Positions 1 to 9,494 of a DNA stretch of 64,000 bases are shown here, one piece after another. The notes beneath the pieces were generated by a model. The model saw only the letters and a list, made by a program, of their open reading frames with translations, made no database searches and had not been told where the DNA came from. The position numbers were made by a program, and so were the translations under genes. Position 1 is the stretch's first letter. Each line of letters begins with the position of its first letter. This stretch comes from Phycisphaerae bacterium (GTDB lineage Bacteria > Planctomycetota > Phycisphaerae > UBA1845), in NCBI GenBank assembly GCA_035344155.1, contig DAORAL010000012.1, forward strand, positions 19,470-83,469, read 5' to 3'.

Positions 1-564
1 TATGGCCCTTTGACGTGCAGGTTGACGGATTGGATGCCGGCTTCTTCACCTTCCTTCATTGCCAACTGCTCGACTTCGAAGCCATTGCGTTCGAAATATC
101 GCAGGTACATCCGCATCATCATTTCGGCCCAATCCTGCGCATCAGCACCGCCGGTTCCGGCTTGTATGTTGAAGTAGCAGTTCTGGGCGTCGTGCTCGCC
201 TGATAGCAGGGTGATCCGTTCGACACGATCGACTTCGGCGTCCATCTTGTCGAGTTCGGAACCCAACTCGGCTGCGAGCCCGTCATCCGATTCCTCCTCG
301 AGCATTTCAAGCATTGCCTCGCCGTCCCCGATGCGAGCAAGGAGCTTGCGGATGGGTTCGACGGTGCTTTTGAGTTGCTTGAGTCGCTGGACGGTTTTTT
401 GCGCAGCGTCAGGATGGTCCCAGAAATCCGGAGCGGCCATCCTTGCGTTGAGTTCTTCGAGTTCTGCTTCTTTGGAAGGGAAGTCAAAGAGAGTCCCGGA
501 TGGCGATGATCCGGGAAGCTAGAGATTCGAGGCGGCTTGGTGCGTCTTCGATGTTGATGCTCAT
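1..564 (-). CDS. prfB: Peptide chain release factor 2, 5' part (gene runs off the left edge); two frames joined by a programmed +1 frameshift
   Basis: On the minus strand, ATG at 564-562 is followed by 26 codons (MSINIEDAPSRLESLASRIIAIRDSL) and an in-frame TGA (486-484). The +1 frame from 485 is open to nt 1. It reads DFPSKEAELEELNARMAAPDFWDHPDAAQKT...LSGEHDAQNCYFNIQAGTGGADAQDWAEMMMRMYLRYFERNGF, a typical RF2 pattern. It is absent from the ORF track because it is split and open-ended. Confidence 0.9.
483..489 (-). other. Programmed +1 ribosomal frameshift heptamer CTT TGA C of prfB
   Basis: The reverse complement of 483-489 is CTTTGAC, identical to the canonical RF2 autoregulatory shift site. 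The context is CGG GAC TCT CTT TGA C, with only a weak GGGA purine patch upstream. Confidence 0.85.
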
Positions 565-740
565 TTGCAGATTCTCTTGGTTGAAGTTCCGTCAGCCAGT
601 TGTCTTTCAGCTAGCTGACGGTGCAGGCTGTCGAAGTTGCGCCATTGTCGCCACAATTTGAGTTAATTCAAGTAAGCGGCCTGTATGGCATTGGCATTCA
701 TTTTCATCTGGGCGCCCATTTTCTCCTGGGCGTCGGGCGA

Positions 741-2834
741 CTATTGTTCAACCCGACGGATCTCGCTGATGATAATGTCGTCGCTTGGCACGTCGTTTTT
801 CAGTCCTTCGCTTCTCGTTTTGACCGCGCCGATCTCATCGACCACATCCAAGCCTCGAATCACGTGGGCAAAGACGGTAAAGGGCGGGGGGCCGGTGTCG
901 AGATTGGTGTTGTCAACGAGATTGATGAAGATTTCGCTGTTGGCGGAATCCGCATCCTGACCGCGCAGTGCGAAAGCAACGGTGCCGCGTTCGTTGCTGC
1001 GACCGTTGTTCGCTTCGCTGACGATGGGATCGCGAATGCCCTCAGATCGAACAAGTTCTCCGCTTTCGGAATCGCGGCGGAAACCGCCCATCTGAATGAC
1101 AAAATCTTCGACCACCCGATGCCACAAGATACCCTCATAGAATCCTGAATCGACGTATCGAAGGAAATTGGCACATGTGATCGGCGCATCTTCGGTGAAC
1201 AGTTCGAGCGTAATTTCACCTTCGACGTCCCCGCCGTTGACGATGATGACCCGGGGAAGGGCTGACGGAATGCCAACCACGACTTGTTTGCCTGTGGCAA
1301 TCACCGCATCATCAGGACCGCGAACATCAAACTGGAACACGATCGAATCGTTGGACTCGATGGTCGCGGTGGTTTCCTTGGCCGTCGCCGCGGTAATCGT
1401 GGCCATCCCATTGGAGGTCGTCCACAAATACGTGCTGCCTTCGGGTTCGTTTTCGATGGCTGCAGATAGCTCGACCGAATCGCCCAGGAGTTGTAGGGGA
1501 ACCGAGGCCGTGACCGTGGCGACGACCGGATCGGGTTCGTCCATTCCGTTGGAATCCACATCGTCCATGCCATTCGAATCAGCATCGTCGACGCCATTCG
1601 AGTCGGCATCCATCCCGCTGGTGTTCACCATGATGTCGTCGGGTGGTGACGTTGGGATTTTCTTGTCGGCGCGCGAGACGTTCATGATCACGTCTTCACT
1701 GGGTTGTTCGCTGTTCAGCACATTGTCCCCGCCGGTTGGCAGTTCGGACAGTTCATCCGCGAGTTCCATGCCTTCGATCACGCGGCCGAAAACGGTAAAC
1801 GGCGGATTGCCATCGTCGAGGGTGCTATTGTCGCCGAGGTTGATGAAGAACTGGTTGGAACCCGAGTTCGCATCCGTACCGCGTAGTGCCATCGCGATCG
1901 CCGTGCGCAGATTGCTGAATCCGTTGCCCGATTCGCTTTGAATCTCACCGCGTTTTCCAGGTTTTTCACGTACTTCCCCGTTGAACCGGTCGAAATTTCC
2001 GGTTTGGACCACGAAGTCTGGGACGACACGGTGCCAGACGATTCCGTTGTAATATCCCGCGTCGACATACTGAAGGAAGTTCGCACATGTATTCGGGGCG
2101 GCTTCCGTGAGAAGCTCCAACACCATGCGGCCTTCGACACCGCCAGTGTTGTCGATGATGACCTGGGGTGTGGCGTCTTCAACACCGACGACGAACACAT
2201 CCTTCAACCCGAATCTTTCGATTCCGTTTTCTTCACCTGAGATGCCGACGCGCAAACGAACGGTGTCTGCCGAATTGATCGTCACTTGCGGATTGGCGAT
2301 GGACGGGTCGTCGAATTCAGCTTCGCCGTCGACAACGGTCCATTCGTAGGTCAACTCAGAAAATCCGGTCGAGTCCGTATCGAGCACGGAATTCAATTGC
2401 GTGGATTCACCGACGATGCGCAACGAGTCCTCCGCGGTTGCGGTGATGTCAAGATCGCCACCGACCAGGACCTGTGCGAAGGATGCGTTGGATTGACCCG
2501 TTCGATCCGACACGAGAACCCGAAACAGGTATCGCCCGTTGACCGATTGCGGGGCGACCTGAAGCAACGAACTGGTGTTGGCATCGGTCAATTCGTAAGT
2601 TGATTCATCGGGTTGATCCTCAAGGCTCCAGCGATATCGGTATGGGCTACGTCCGCCGGTGGCAGATGCCTGAAGGGTGATTCGTTCATCGAGCGGAACA
2701 ATCTGATCCGGGCCGGCGTCGGCGTCGAGCTTTTTGGAATTGGCGTTGGGCGACAATTCACAGGCCGAGACGGCGACGAGTGCGCCCACCAATGCCAGGT
2801 AGAAGATCGACCAGTTATATGCGTTTGGTTTCAT
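741..2834 (-). CDS. Secreted lipoprotein with two cyclophilin-type peptidyl-prolyl cis-trans isomerase domains plus PKD/Ig-like modules
   Basis: 697-aa ORF with a signal peptide and lipobox (LVGALVAVSAC). Two cyclophilin cores: LELLTEAAPNTCANFLQYVDAGYYNGIVWHRVVPDFVVQTGNF and LELFTEDAPITCANFLRYVDSGFYEGILWHRVVEDFVIQMGGF. A PKD-like module (DAGPDQIVPLD...YRYRWSL) is present, and an AGAGGA RBS precedes ATG 2834. Confidence 0.85.
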   Translation of the reverse strand: MKPNAYNWSIFYLALVGALVAVSACELSPNANSKKLDADAGPDQIVPLDERITLQASATGGRSPYRYRWSLEDQPDESTYELTDANTSSLLQVAPQSVNGRYLFRVLVSDRTGQSNASFAQVLVGGDLDITATAEDSLRIVGESTQLNSVLDTDSTGFSELTYEWTVVDGEAEFDDPSIANPQVTINSADTVRLRVGISGEENGIERFGLKDVFVVGVEDATPQVIIDNTGGVEGRMVLELLTEAAPNTCANFLQYVDAGYYNGIVWHRVVPDFVVQTGNFDRFNGEVREKPGKRGEIQSESGNGFSNLRTAIAMALRGTDANSGSNQFFINLGDNSTLDDGNPPFTVFGRVIEGMELADELSELPTGGDNVLNSEQPSEDVIMNVSRADKKIPTSPPDDIMVNTSGMDADSNGVDDADSNGMDDVDSNGMDEPDPVVATVTASVPLQLLGDSVELSAAIENEPEGSTYLWTTSNGMATITAATAKETTATIESNDSIVFQFDVRGPDDAVIATGKQVVVGIPSALPRVIIVNGGDVEGEITLELFTEDAPITCANFLRYVDSGFYEGILWHRVVEDFVIQMGGFRRDSESGELVRSEGIRDPIVSEANNGRSNERGTVAFALRGQDADSANSEIFINLVDNTNLDTGPPPFTVFAHVIRGLDVVDEIGAVKTRSEGLKNDVPSDDIIISEIRRVEQ
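1539..1610. repeat. 3 x 24-bp in-frame tandem repeat inside the cyclophilin lipoprotein gene
   Basis: The + strand units are gtccattccgttggaatccacatc / gtccatgccattcgaatcagcatc / gtcgacgccattcgagtcggcatc. On the coding strand they encode DADSNGVDDADSNGMDDVDSNGMD, an acidic D-x-D-x-N-G-x-D loop pattern. Confidence 0.8.
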
Positions 2835-3168
2835 GGTTCCTCTGGGGTTGAGCTTATCGACGCGAAGGGGTATCGATCATCCTTTGGATTATCGTCCATT
2901 GCGGTATTTGGATTGAGCCTCGCTGCCTTGCACCGTTTTTGTTAATGGCTTTGCCTGATTGACTTTACGGGCGTGCACCGCACCTTTATGCTGGCTCCGT
3001 CCGTACGGGGAATCAACCATTTCAATGGTAACCCGCCGGCAATGTCTCGTCGAGTTGAAACCCGTTTCGCAGCACTGCCGGAGGGATCGGGCGGCTGGGC
3101 GGGATCGGGTTGCTGACCCGTATTGGTAGGGCGATGAGTCATCAATGCCCCCAACATTTTGAGAGAAC

Positions 3169-4602
3169 ATGAACACCGCGAACCAAATGTACGAATCGCC
3201 CCTGGTGGCCAGGAATGCATCCCGCGAGATGAGCGAGCTTTTCGGAGCGTACCGCCGAATCCACACGTGGCGGTCGCTTTGGATCGCGTTGGCCGAGGCC
3301 CAGCGGGAATTGGGTCTGCCGATCAGCGCCGGCCAGATCGCCGTGTTGAAGCGCAACATCGCGAAAATCGATTTCGATGTCGCCGCTGACTATGAGGCGA
3401 AGCTTCGTCACGATGTGATGGCCCACGTCCATGCGTTTGGTGATGTTGCTCCGTCGGCGCGAAGCATTCTGCATCTCGGCGCAACCAGCGCATATATCGT
3501 CGACAACGCCGACCTGATCATCATGCGCGACGCGCTGGAGCGGATTGCGTCGTGGTTGGCGAGTGTCATCGACGAATTGGCGACCTTCGCAAAAAAGTAT
3601 CGCGCGATGCCGACGCTTGGATTCACCCATTATCAACCGGCGCAGCTCACCACCGTGGGCAAACGGGCAACCCTTTGGTGCTGGGATCTGGTTCGCGACC
3701 TGGAAGAAGTCGAACTGCGCATCAGCCAACTGCGGTTTCGCGGCGTCAAAGGAACAACCGGAACGCAGGCGAGTTTCCTGGAGTTGTTTGAAGGAAGTCA
3801 CGCCAAGGTCAACCGGCTTGAGAAACTGGTCGCCGGCGCGTTCGGTTTCAAAAAATGCGAACCGGTCACCGGACAGACTTATTCCCGCAAGGTCGATGCA
3901 CAGGTGGCTGCGACGTTGGCGGGCGTGGCGCAATCGGCGCACAAGATGGCCAACGACCTTCGCCTCCTGTCCAATCTCAAGGAAGTCGAAGAGCCCTTTG
4001 AAAAATCGCAGGTCGGTTCGAGTGCGATGGCCTACAAACGCAACCCGATGCGCATGGAGCGAGCGACGGGATTGGCACGCCTTGTGCTTTCGCTCGCAAC
4101 AAGCCCGCAGATGACGGCGGCTGAGCAGTGGTTTGAGCGGACGCTCGATGATTCGGCCAACAAGCGGGTGAGTATTCCGGAGTTGTTTCTGGCGACGGAC
4201 GGTATCCTGCGCCTGTTGCACAATGTCAGCGGCGGGCTGGTGGTTTATCCGCGGATGATTGAAAAGCATGTCGGCGAAGAACTGCCGTTCATGGCCACCG
4301 AGAACATCATGATGGCCGCTTCGAAGGCGGGTGGTGATCGGCAGGAACTTCACGAACGCATTCGCGTGCATTCCCATGCGGCCAGCGCGCAGGTCAAGCA
4401 ACATGGCAAGGCCAACGACTTGATCGAGCGATTAAAAGGGGATCAGCACTTTGCGGGGGTGGCGTTTGATAAGCTCATGAATCCCAAGGCATACGTCGGG
4501 CGAGCGCCGCAGCAGGTGGATGAGTTCATCTCGAAGATCGTCACGCCGATTCGCAAACGATACGCACGCTCCAGAAAAATTTCATCGAAGCTCAGTGTTT
4601 AA
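3169..4602 (+). CDS. purB: Adenylosuccinate lyase
   Basis: 477 aa with the fumarate-lyase family signature GSSAMAYKRNPMRMERA. The N-terminus YESPLVARNASREMSELFG is typical of PurB, and the length is right. Confidence 0.92.
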   Translation: MNTANQMYESPLVARNASREMSELFGAYRRIHTWRSLWIALAEAQRELGLPISAGQIAVLKRNIAKIDFDVAADYEAKLRHDVMAHVHAFGDVAPSARSILHLGATSAYIVDNADLIIMRDALERIASWLASVIDELATFAKKYRAMPTLGFTHYQPAQLTTVGKRATLWCWDLVRDLEEVELRISQLRFRGVKGTTGTQASFLELFEGSHAKVNRLEKLVAGAFGFKKCEPVTGQTYSRKVDAQVAATLAGVAQSAHKMANDLRLLSNLKEVEEPFEKSQVGSSAMAYKRNPMRMERATGLARLVLSLATSPQMTAAEQWFERTLDDSANKRVSIPELFLATDGILRLLHNVSGGLVVYPRMIEKHVGEELPFMATENIMMAASKAGGDRQELHERIRVHSHAASAQVKQHGKANDLIERLKGDQHFAGVAFDKLMNPKAYVGRAPQQVDEFISKIVTPIRKRYARSRKISSKLSV

Positions 4603-4637
4603 CGAAACCACTCGACCCAAGAAGGGGGAGTCAACCC

Positions 4638-5165
4638 GTGACCCGAGACGAACTCATCGGACGTATCAAAGAAACCGCGTATCTCGAAGGTGATTTTCTT
4701 CTGCGGTCGGGCCGGCGCAGCAACTATTACCTCGACAAGTATCGCTTCGAAACCCAACCGGACATCTTAAAGCAACTGGGCGCGATGTTCGCCGAATACG
4801 TCACGCCCGCGACCACCCGCATCGCCGGTGCGGAACTCGGGGGCGTGTCGCTGGCGGCAGCCGCTTCGATGGCGTCGGGCAAACCGTTCGTCATCGTGCG
4901 AAACGCGAAGAAGGAATACGGAACGAGCAACGCGTTTGAAGGGGTGATCGAAACGACAGACAAGGTGCTCATCGTCGAGGATATCGCCACGACGGGCGGT
5001 CAAGTGCTCGAAGCTGCCCAGCAAATCGTTCAACTCGGCGCGAGTGTCGTTGCGATTGTCGCGGTGATCGATCGGTTGGAAGGAGCCCGTGAGAATATCG
5101 AGTCAGCCGGTTTTCGCTTCGAGTCGTTGATGACGACATCCGATCTGGGAATCAAATCCAATTGA
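4638..5165 (+). CDS. pyrE: Orotate phosphoribosyltransferase
   Basis: 175 aa with a GTG start preceded by AAGGGGGAG. It has the PRPP-binding loop VLIVEDIATTGGQ and an N-terminal GDFLLRSGRRSNYYLD motif. Confidence 0.88.
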   Translation: MTRDELIGRIKETAYLEGDFLLRSGRRSNYYLDKYRFETQPDILKQLGAMFAEYVTPATTRIAGAELGGVSLAAAASMASGKPFVIVRNAKKEYGTSNAFEGVIETTDKVLIVEDIATTGGQVLEAAQQIVQLGASVVAIVAVIDRLEGARENIESAGFRFESLMTTSDLGIKSN

Positions 5166-5585
5166 ACGCGTTGACCAGTTGCACGGGGACCAGCCACACG
5201 GGGAGCAACCGCACTGGCAGTAGTGCAAACGCGGTGTCGCCGCCATATCAATGCTGGATCGCGGGGTGGCGGCTTGGCGGATGAATGCCGATGTGGTGCA
5301 TCTTGTTAATGTGAAGGTGGTCAGTCACATCGCTGCGAACGTCTCGAATTCCAATCTGACAGTACGAACCGATACACCTTCATAAGGAAGGCGCACGACG
5401 TCGAGCGCAGATTCCGCGCATGATGCAACAGAATAACGAATTCAAAAAAGTACTTCATCACTCCATCAATCGCGATTGCGATCAAGCCAACCGGCATTTA
5501 TTGCCGACAACCCTGTACCACTTTGCGGACCCGCCTGGGGACGCGACTCACGAGCATGGATGCTTCATTGAGGAATGGGCTCAGG

Positions 5586-8000
5586 ATGAGCGACGCGTAC
5601 GAATTTCGCATGACGTTTGCCGAACAGGTGTCGGGGAAATGGCAGATCCCCGCGTTCCTGTTTTCGGTGGCTGCGTTGACGGTCGTCGCGCTTCAACTCG
5701 AATCGCCCACGCGCAAGATCGGGATTGATGAGAATCTCAGTCGCATCAATCGCCTGATCAATGCGCAGCTATTTGTCCCCGCACTCGACTTGACACGCAC
5801 CATTCAAACCTGGGACGACATCAGCGATGAAGATCGTAGCCGACTAAACGCTTACGAAGCGCGGGCGATTTTCGAGCGGGCGAAGAGTTCCGGCAAAGTC
5901 ACCGCGAAGGAAGCCGGCGAAACCCTTGAACAATACAAACAAGCCCTTGACTTGAAATTCCCGCTCAGCGCGGTGGATCATCGACGCATTGCAGAGTGTC
6001 ATGAAGCATTGGGGCAACTTTTGCTCGCCCGATCACACTACCAAGCCGCCGTCGACATGGGGGTTCCGCCGGCATTCGCAGATCGGCGCAAGATCATTTC
6101 GCTGGGAATTCAACTTTCCAACGTTTCCGACGACGAAACGTTTGCGTTGCTGGCGTCGTATTGCGATGACGCAGCCGACTCGCCGGACGATTTGTACTGG
6201 GGTGTCGAGCAGCGCGTGAAACTTCTCGATCGACAGGGGGCTTCAGAGGACATTGCGGCATTGCTGGATCGATACCGCGGTGAGTTCCAGGACACGAACT
6301 ACGAGCCATACATTCGGTATCTGACGTTGCTCGGATTGCGAAGCGAAGGACGTTACGACGAAGCGGAACTCGGCTTGCGGGCGCTGCTCAACGACATTCC
6401 TGACGATCATCCGGTTTGGGATCGAGCAACGTGGCTGCTTGGTTCGGTCGTGCTCAACGATGGCGGGGCCCAACGTCCGGAAGAAGCCTTGTCCATCTTT
6501 GGCAACGTCGTCGCCGATCGACGGGACCGGGACTATGTCGTCGCGAGCATGCTGGGGATGGCCGAAGCCTCGGCGTTGTTGCAGCGATTCGACGAAGCCG
6601 CAAAGTCATACGCAAAAGTCATCGACGAACTGCGACGCCCGCAAGGTCTTGAGCAGGTGACGCCCGAGGGTCTGCTGGCCGCGATCAGTGCAAGTGCCGA
6701 CCTGGCCCACGCAACCAATGACATTGATCATGCCATCGAATTCCTGAAGCAGGCAGTCGGGCTTATTGATCCTGAAGACAATGACACGATGGCCCGTGTT
6801 TACAGTCGCCTCGGTCATTTTCAGTCGATCAAGGCACGCGCCTACAACGCACTGCGCCCTGGTTCGGAAACGTCAGGCGACCCGGAAGTCGCAAATTCAG
6901 TTGGCGGTGCGCCTTCCGAAGAGTGGTCCGCAGAAACCGCACAGTCCATGTTCGACGAAGCCGGTGAGTCATTCGTCAAAGTCGCCTGGCTTAGCACGCT
7001 GAACGAGGAACGTGCCAGCGACATGATGTGGACGGCGGCTGGCTTGTTCGACGAAGGTGGTAATCACGAACGGGCAATTGAAATTCTGCGTGCCTTTGTG
7101 CGCGATCGAGCAGATGCAGAGATCATTCCCCGCGTCCTGTTTCGATTGGGCAAATCATTGCAGGCGATGGGACGCTGCGAGGAGGCCGTCGAAGCATATC
7201 AACAGAATATCAGCAGTTTCCCGCGATCGCCTTTTGCCAACTCGGCGCTGATTCCATTGGCCGAATGCCTCATGGAACGTGGCGGCGAGTACGAATTGCA
7301 AGCCGAAGAAGCGCTCCTGCAAATCAAACGCGATTCAGAAATCTTCACGCCCGATGCGGTGGAGTATCGCGATGCGTTGTTTCTGCTGGGTGAATTGTAT
7401 GGTCGTCGAGCTGCCTACGAGAAGGCGATCCCCGTCCTGGAAGAGTTTATCCTGCGCTACCAGGACGATGAACGGCGCACGCGGTGTCGCTTTCTGTTGG
7501 CCGATGCCTATCGACAGAGTGCGCTGGCGATCAAAGAGGAAGTCCTGCAACCGGAGTTTGTCGGCGAAAGCAAACGCCTGCGGTACGAAATCGATCGCCG
7601 GTTGGGAATTGCAGCCGGTCACTTTCGGCAACTCATTGATGACCTGGCAGTCCGTGAATCGAATCTCGATGAACTCGATTATGTGTATCTGCAGGACGCG
7701 CGACTTTACGAAGCGTCATGCCTATTCGAATTGGAGCGCTATACGGAGGCGCTGAGCCTCTACGAGCGCATTGCATGGGTGTACAAGGATCGACCGGTGG
7801 CGCTCGGCGCGTATGTGCAGGTGATCAACTGCTACGTGCTGTTGGGCAAACCGACCGAGGCGGCGTCGGCCCTTCGTCGCGCTCAGTATCTCGTTGACGT
7901 GATCGACGAGAAGTATTTCAAAGCCACCGGAGAGTTGGAAACACGCGAGAGTTGGCGGGAACACTTTGAGTGGGTCGCCGAAGTTCTCGCCGACGAATAA
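5586..8000 (+). CDS. Membrane-anchored TPR-repeat protein (about 800 aa), function unknown
   Basis: The long ORF is 5523-8000. ATG 5586 is preferred (GAGGA 11 nt upstream), but the start is uncertain. There is one N-terminal TM helix (WQIPAFLFSVAALTVVALQL), followed by degenerate TPR-like helical repeats throughout. It lies directly upstream of the flagellar regulatory genes on the same strand. Confidence 0.7.
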   Translation: MSDAYEFRMTFAEQVSGKWQIPAFLFSVAALTVVALQLESPTRKIGIDENLSRINRLINAQLFVPALDLTRTIQTWDDISDEDRSRLNAYEARAIFERAKSSGKVTAKEAGETLEQYKQALDLKFPLSAVDHRRIAECHEALGQLLLARSHYQAAVDMGVPPAFADRRKIISLGIQLSNVSDDETFALLASYCDDAADSPDDLYWGVEQRVKLLDRQGASEDIAALLDRYRGEFQDTNYEPYIRYLTLLGLRSEGRYDEAELGLRALLNDIPDDHPVWDRATWLLGSVVLNDGGAQRPEEALSIFGNVVADRRDRDYVVASMLGMAEASALLQRFDEAAKSYAKVIDELRRPQGLEQVTPEGLLAAISASADLAHATNDIDHAIEFLKQAVGLIDPEDNDTMARVYSRLGHFQSIKARAYNALRPGSETSGDPEVANSVGGAPSEEWSAETAQSMFDEAGESFVKVAWLSTLNEERASDMMWTAAGLFDEGGNHERAIEILRAFVRDRADAEIIPRVLFRLGKSLQAMGRCEEAVEAYQQNISSFPRSPFANSALIPLAECLMERGGEYELQAEEALLQIKRDSEIFTPDAVEYRDALFLLGELYGRRAAYEKAIPVLEEFILRYQDDERRTRCRFLLADAYRQSALAIKEEVLQPEFVGESKRLRYEIDRRLGIAAGHFRQLIDDLAVRESNLDELDYVYLQDARLYEASCLFELERYTEALSLYERIAWVYKDRPVALGAYVQVINCYVLLGKPTEAASALRRAQYLVDVIDEKYFKATGELETRESWREHFEWVAEVLADE

Positions 8001-8087
8001 CCAAAAATCAGAATCGACCCAGAAGAAAAGTACCAGGCGCAATACAAGACCGTGTGTCGCACTTAACTTTGGCGCAGCAAGGAGGCC

Positions 8088-8564
8088 ATGATGACCTACG
8101 ATGACAAGAACTCATTTCGGCAGGCGACCGAGATCGTTGGACTGCTTTCGAGGCAGCTTTCGCTCTACGATCAGTTGACGTCACTCGCAGAGAAGCAGCG
8201 AAAGCTGGTGGCGGCAGAGGATACCCGCCCGCTGATGAAAGTATTGGCCCAGCGGCAACGCCTGACGATTGAGCTTGAGGCGCTCAATGCGCGGATGGCT
8301 CCTTTGCGCGACACCTGGCCAACCGTTCGGGACGGACTGGATGCGCAGGATCGCTCGATGGCGGATGATCTGATTTCCAAAGTCAACTCACGTTTGAAAA
8401 CCCTTCTGGATGGCGATGCGGCTGACGTGGAGTTGCTTCAACTACGCAAGCAGCGGGTGGGAACGGATCTCGGTACGGTTCGAAATCGCCGCAAGGCGGT
8501 GGCTGCGTATCAGATCACGGTCAATAACCCGACTCATTTTGATCGTCTGCACAACGAGGTTTGA
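8088..8564 (+). CDS. FlgN-like helical protein (putative flagellar export chaperone)
   Basis: 158-aa all-helical ORF with an AAGGAGG RBS. The pattern LLSRQLSLYDQLTSLAEKQRKLVAAEDTRPLMKVLAQRQRLTIELEALNARMAPLR resembles the FlgN family. Its stop overlaps the kinase start. The assignment rests on pattern and context only. Confidence 0.45.
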   Translation: MMTYDDKNSFRQATEIVGLLSRQLSLYDQLTSLAEKQRKLVAAEDTRPLMKVLAQRQRLTIELEALNARMAPLRDTWPTVRDGLDAQDRSMADDLISKVNSRLKTLLDGDAADVELLQLRKQRVGTDLGTVRNRRKAVAAYQITVNNPTHFDRLHNEV

Positions 8565-9451
8565 AACCAGTGACCACAACGATGCAGCACAATTCCAAAG
8601 AGTCGTCAACTTCGTTGGCTCCGAAGATCACCCATCGCGAACGCGAGTTGGGGGCGATTATCAACTCGTACAACGAAGTGACCGAACGCCTCAAGCAATC
8701 GCACGATCGACTGCGTGATGAGGTTGTGCGGCTTCACGATCAGCTTGACGAGAAGAACCGCGAGTTGGCGAGGCGCGAACGGTTGGCAGCCTTGGGAGAG
8801 ATGGCTGCCGGCGTCGCCCACGAGATTCGCAATCCGCTCGGTGGGATTCGGTTGTACGCGGACCTGCTGATCAAGGACCTTTGCGAGATGCCGAAGTCGC
8901 AGCAACTCGCGCGTCGCGTTTCAGATGGCGTCAGTGTTTTGGAAAGCATCGTTGGTGATGTGGTTGAATTTGCGGGCGAATCAATGCCGGACGTTGCACC
9001 GGTTCGCGCTGCGACACTTTTGGAAGAAGCGATCGGGTTGGCGGCTCCGGCAGTGTCTTCGCGTGGATGCGACCTGCGGGTTAAACCCATTGATCGGGAA
9101 CTTTACGTTCAGGCGGACACGAACCAAGTTCTCAGAGCGCTGTTGAATTTGCTGCTGAACGCGGTGGATGCAGCCGGCGCGAATGGATCGATTCGAATCT
9201 CGGTCAGGTTGAACGCGTCGGGCACGCACTGCGATTATCTGATTGCAGACAGCGGTCCGGGGATTTCGGCGGACCTGATGAATCGCATCTTCCATCCGTT
9301 CTTTACGACGAAGTCGTCCGGTACGGGATTGGGGTTGGCGATTGTGCATCGGATCGCGGACGCGCACGGAGGTTCGGTGCGTGCACGCAATCGCGACGGT
9401 GGCGGCGCAGAGTTCTGTCTGTCGCTGCCGGTTGGCAAGTCGCCGCGATAG
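8561..9451 (+). CDS. Cytoplasmic, sensor-less histidine kinase (NtrB/FlgS-like)
   Basis: H-box AAGVAHEIRNPLGGI, N-box LLNLLLNAVDA, G1 DSGPGI, F-box IFHPFFTTK and G2 GTGLGLAIV. No TM segment or PAS-type input is present, only a coiled-coil leader. The start is TTG 8561, GTG 8570 or ATG 8582. Confidence 0.85.
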   Translation: MKPVTTTMQHNSKESSTSLAPKITHRERELGAIINSYNEVTERLKQSHDRLRDEVVRLHDQLDEKNRELARRERLAALGEMAAGVAHEIRNPLGGIRLYADLLIKDLCEMPKSQQLARRVSDGVSVLESIVGDVVEFAGESMPDVAPVRAATLLEEAIGLAAPAVSSRGCDLRVKPIDRELYVQADTNQVLRALLNLLLNAVDAAGANGSIRISVRLNASGTHCDYLIADSGPGISADLMNRIFHPFFTTKSSGTGLGLAIVHRIADAHGGSVRARNRDGGGAEFCLSLPVGKSPR

Positions 9452-9494
9452 GGAAAAGCGAACACAAGAAAGCGATAGTCGGAGATTTGAAGGT

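Noticed and set aside
119-487. The track ORF of 122 aa on the minus strand at the left edge.
   Set aside because: It is in the wrong frame relative to the RF2 coding frames. The real gene uses frame 0 (564-487) and then the +1 frame (485-1).
589-621. A hairpin CCGTCAGC-N17-GCTGACGG between the cyclophilin gene and prfB.
   Set aside because: It has an 8-bp stem with a large 17-nt loop and no T-tract on the transcribed (minus) strand. A terminator or attenuator role is unsupported.
2835-3168. The 334-nt gap upstream of purB was inspected for a purine or ZTP riboswitch.
   Set aside because: I could not find the conserved cores of either class. The GGGCGGCTGGGCGGG run is only superficially similar to the ZTP 3' element. 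The gap is most simply a divergent promoter region.
3142-4404. A 420-aa ORF on the minus strand, antisense to purB.
   Set aside because: It is Arg/His/Leu-rich with no motif. It fully overlaps a gene with an unambiguous fumarate-lyase signature, which is typical of a GC-rich shadow ORF.
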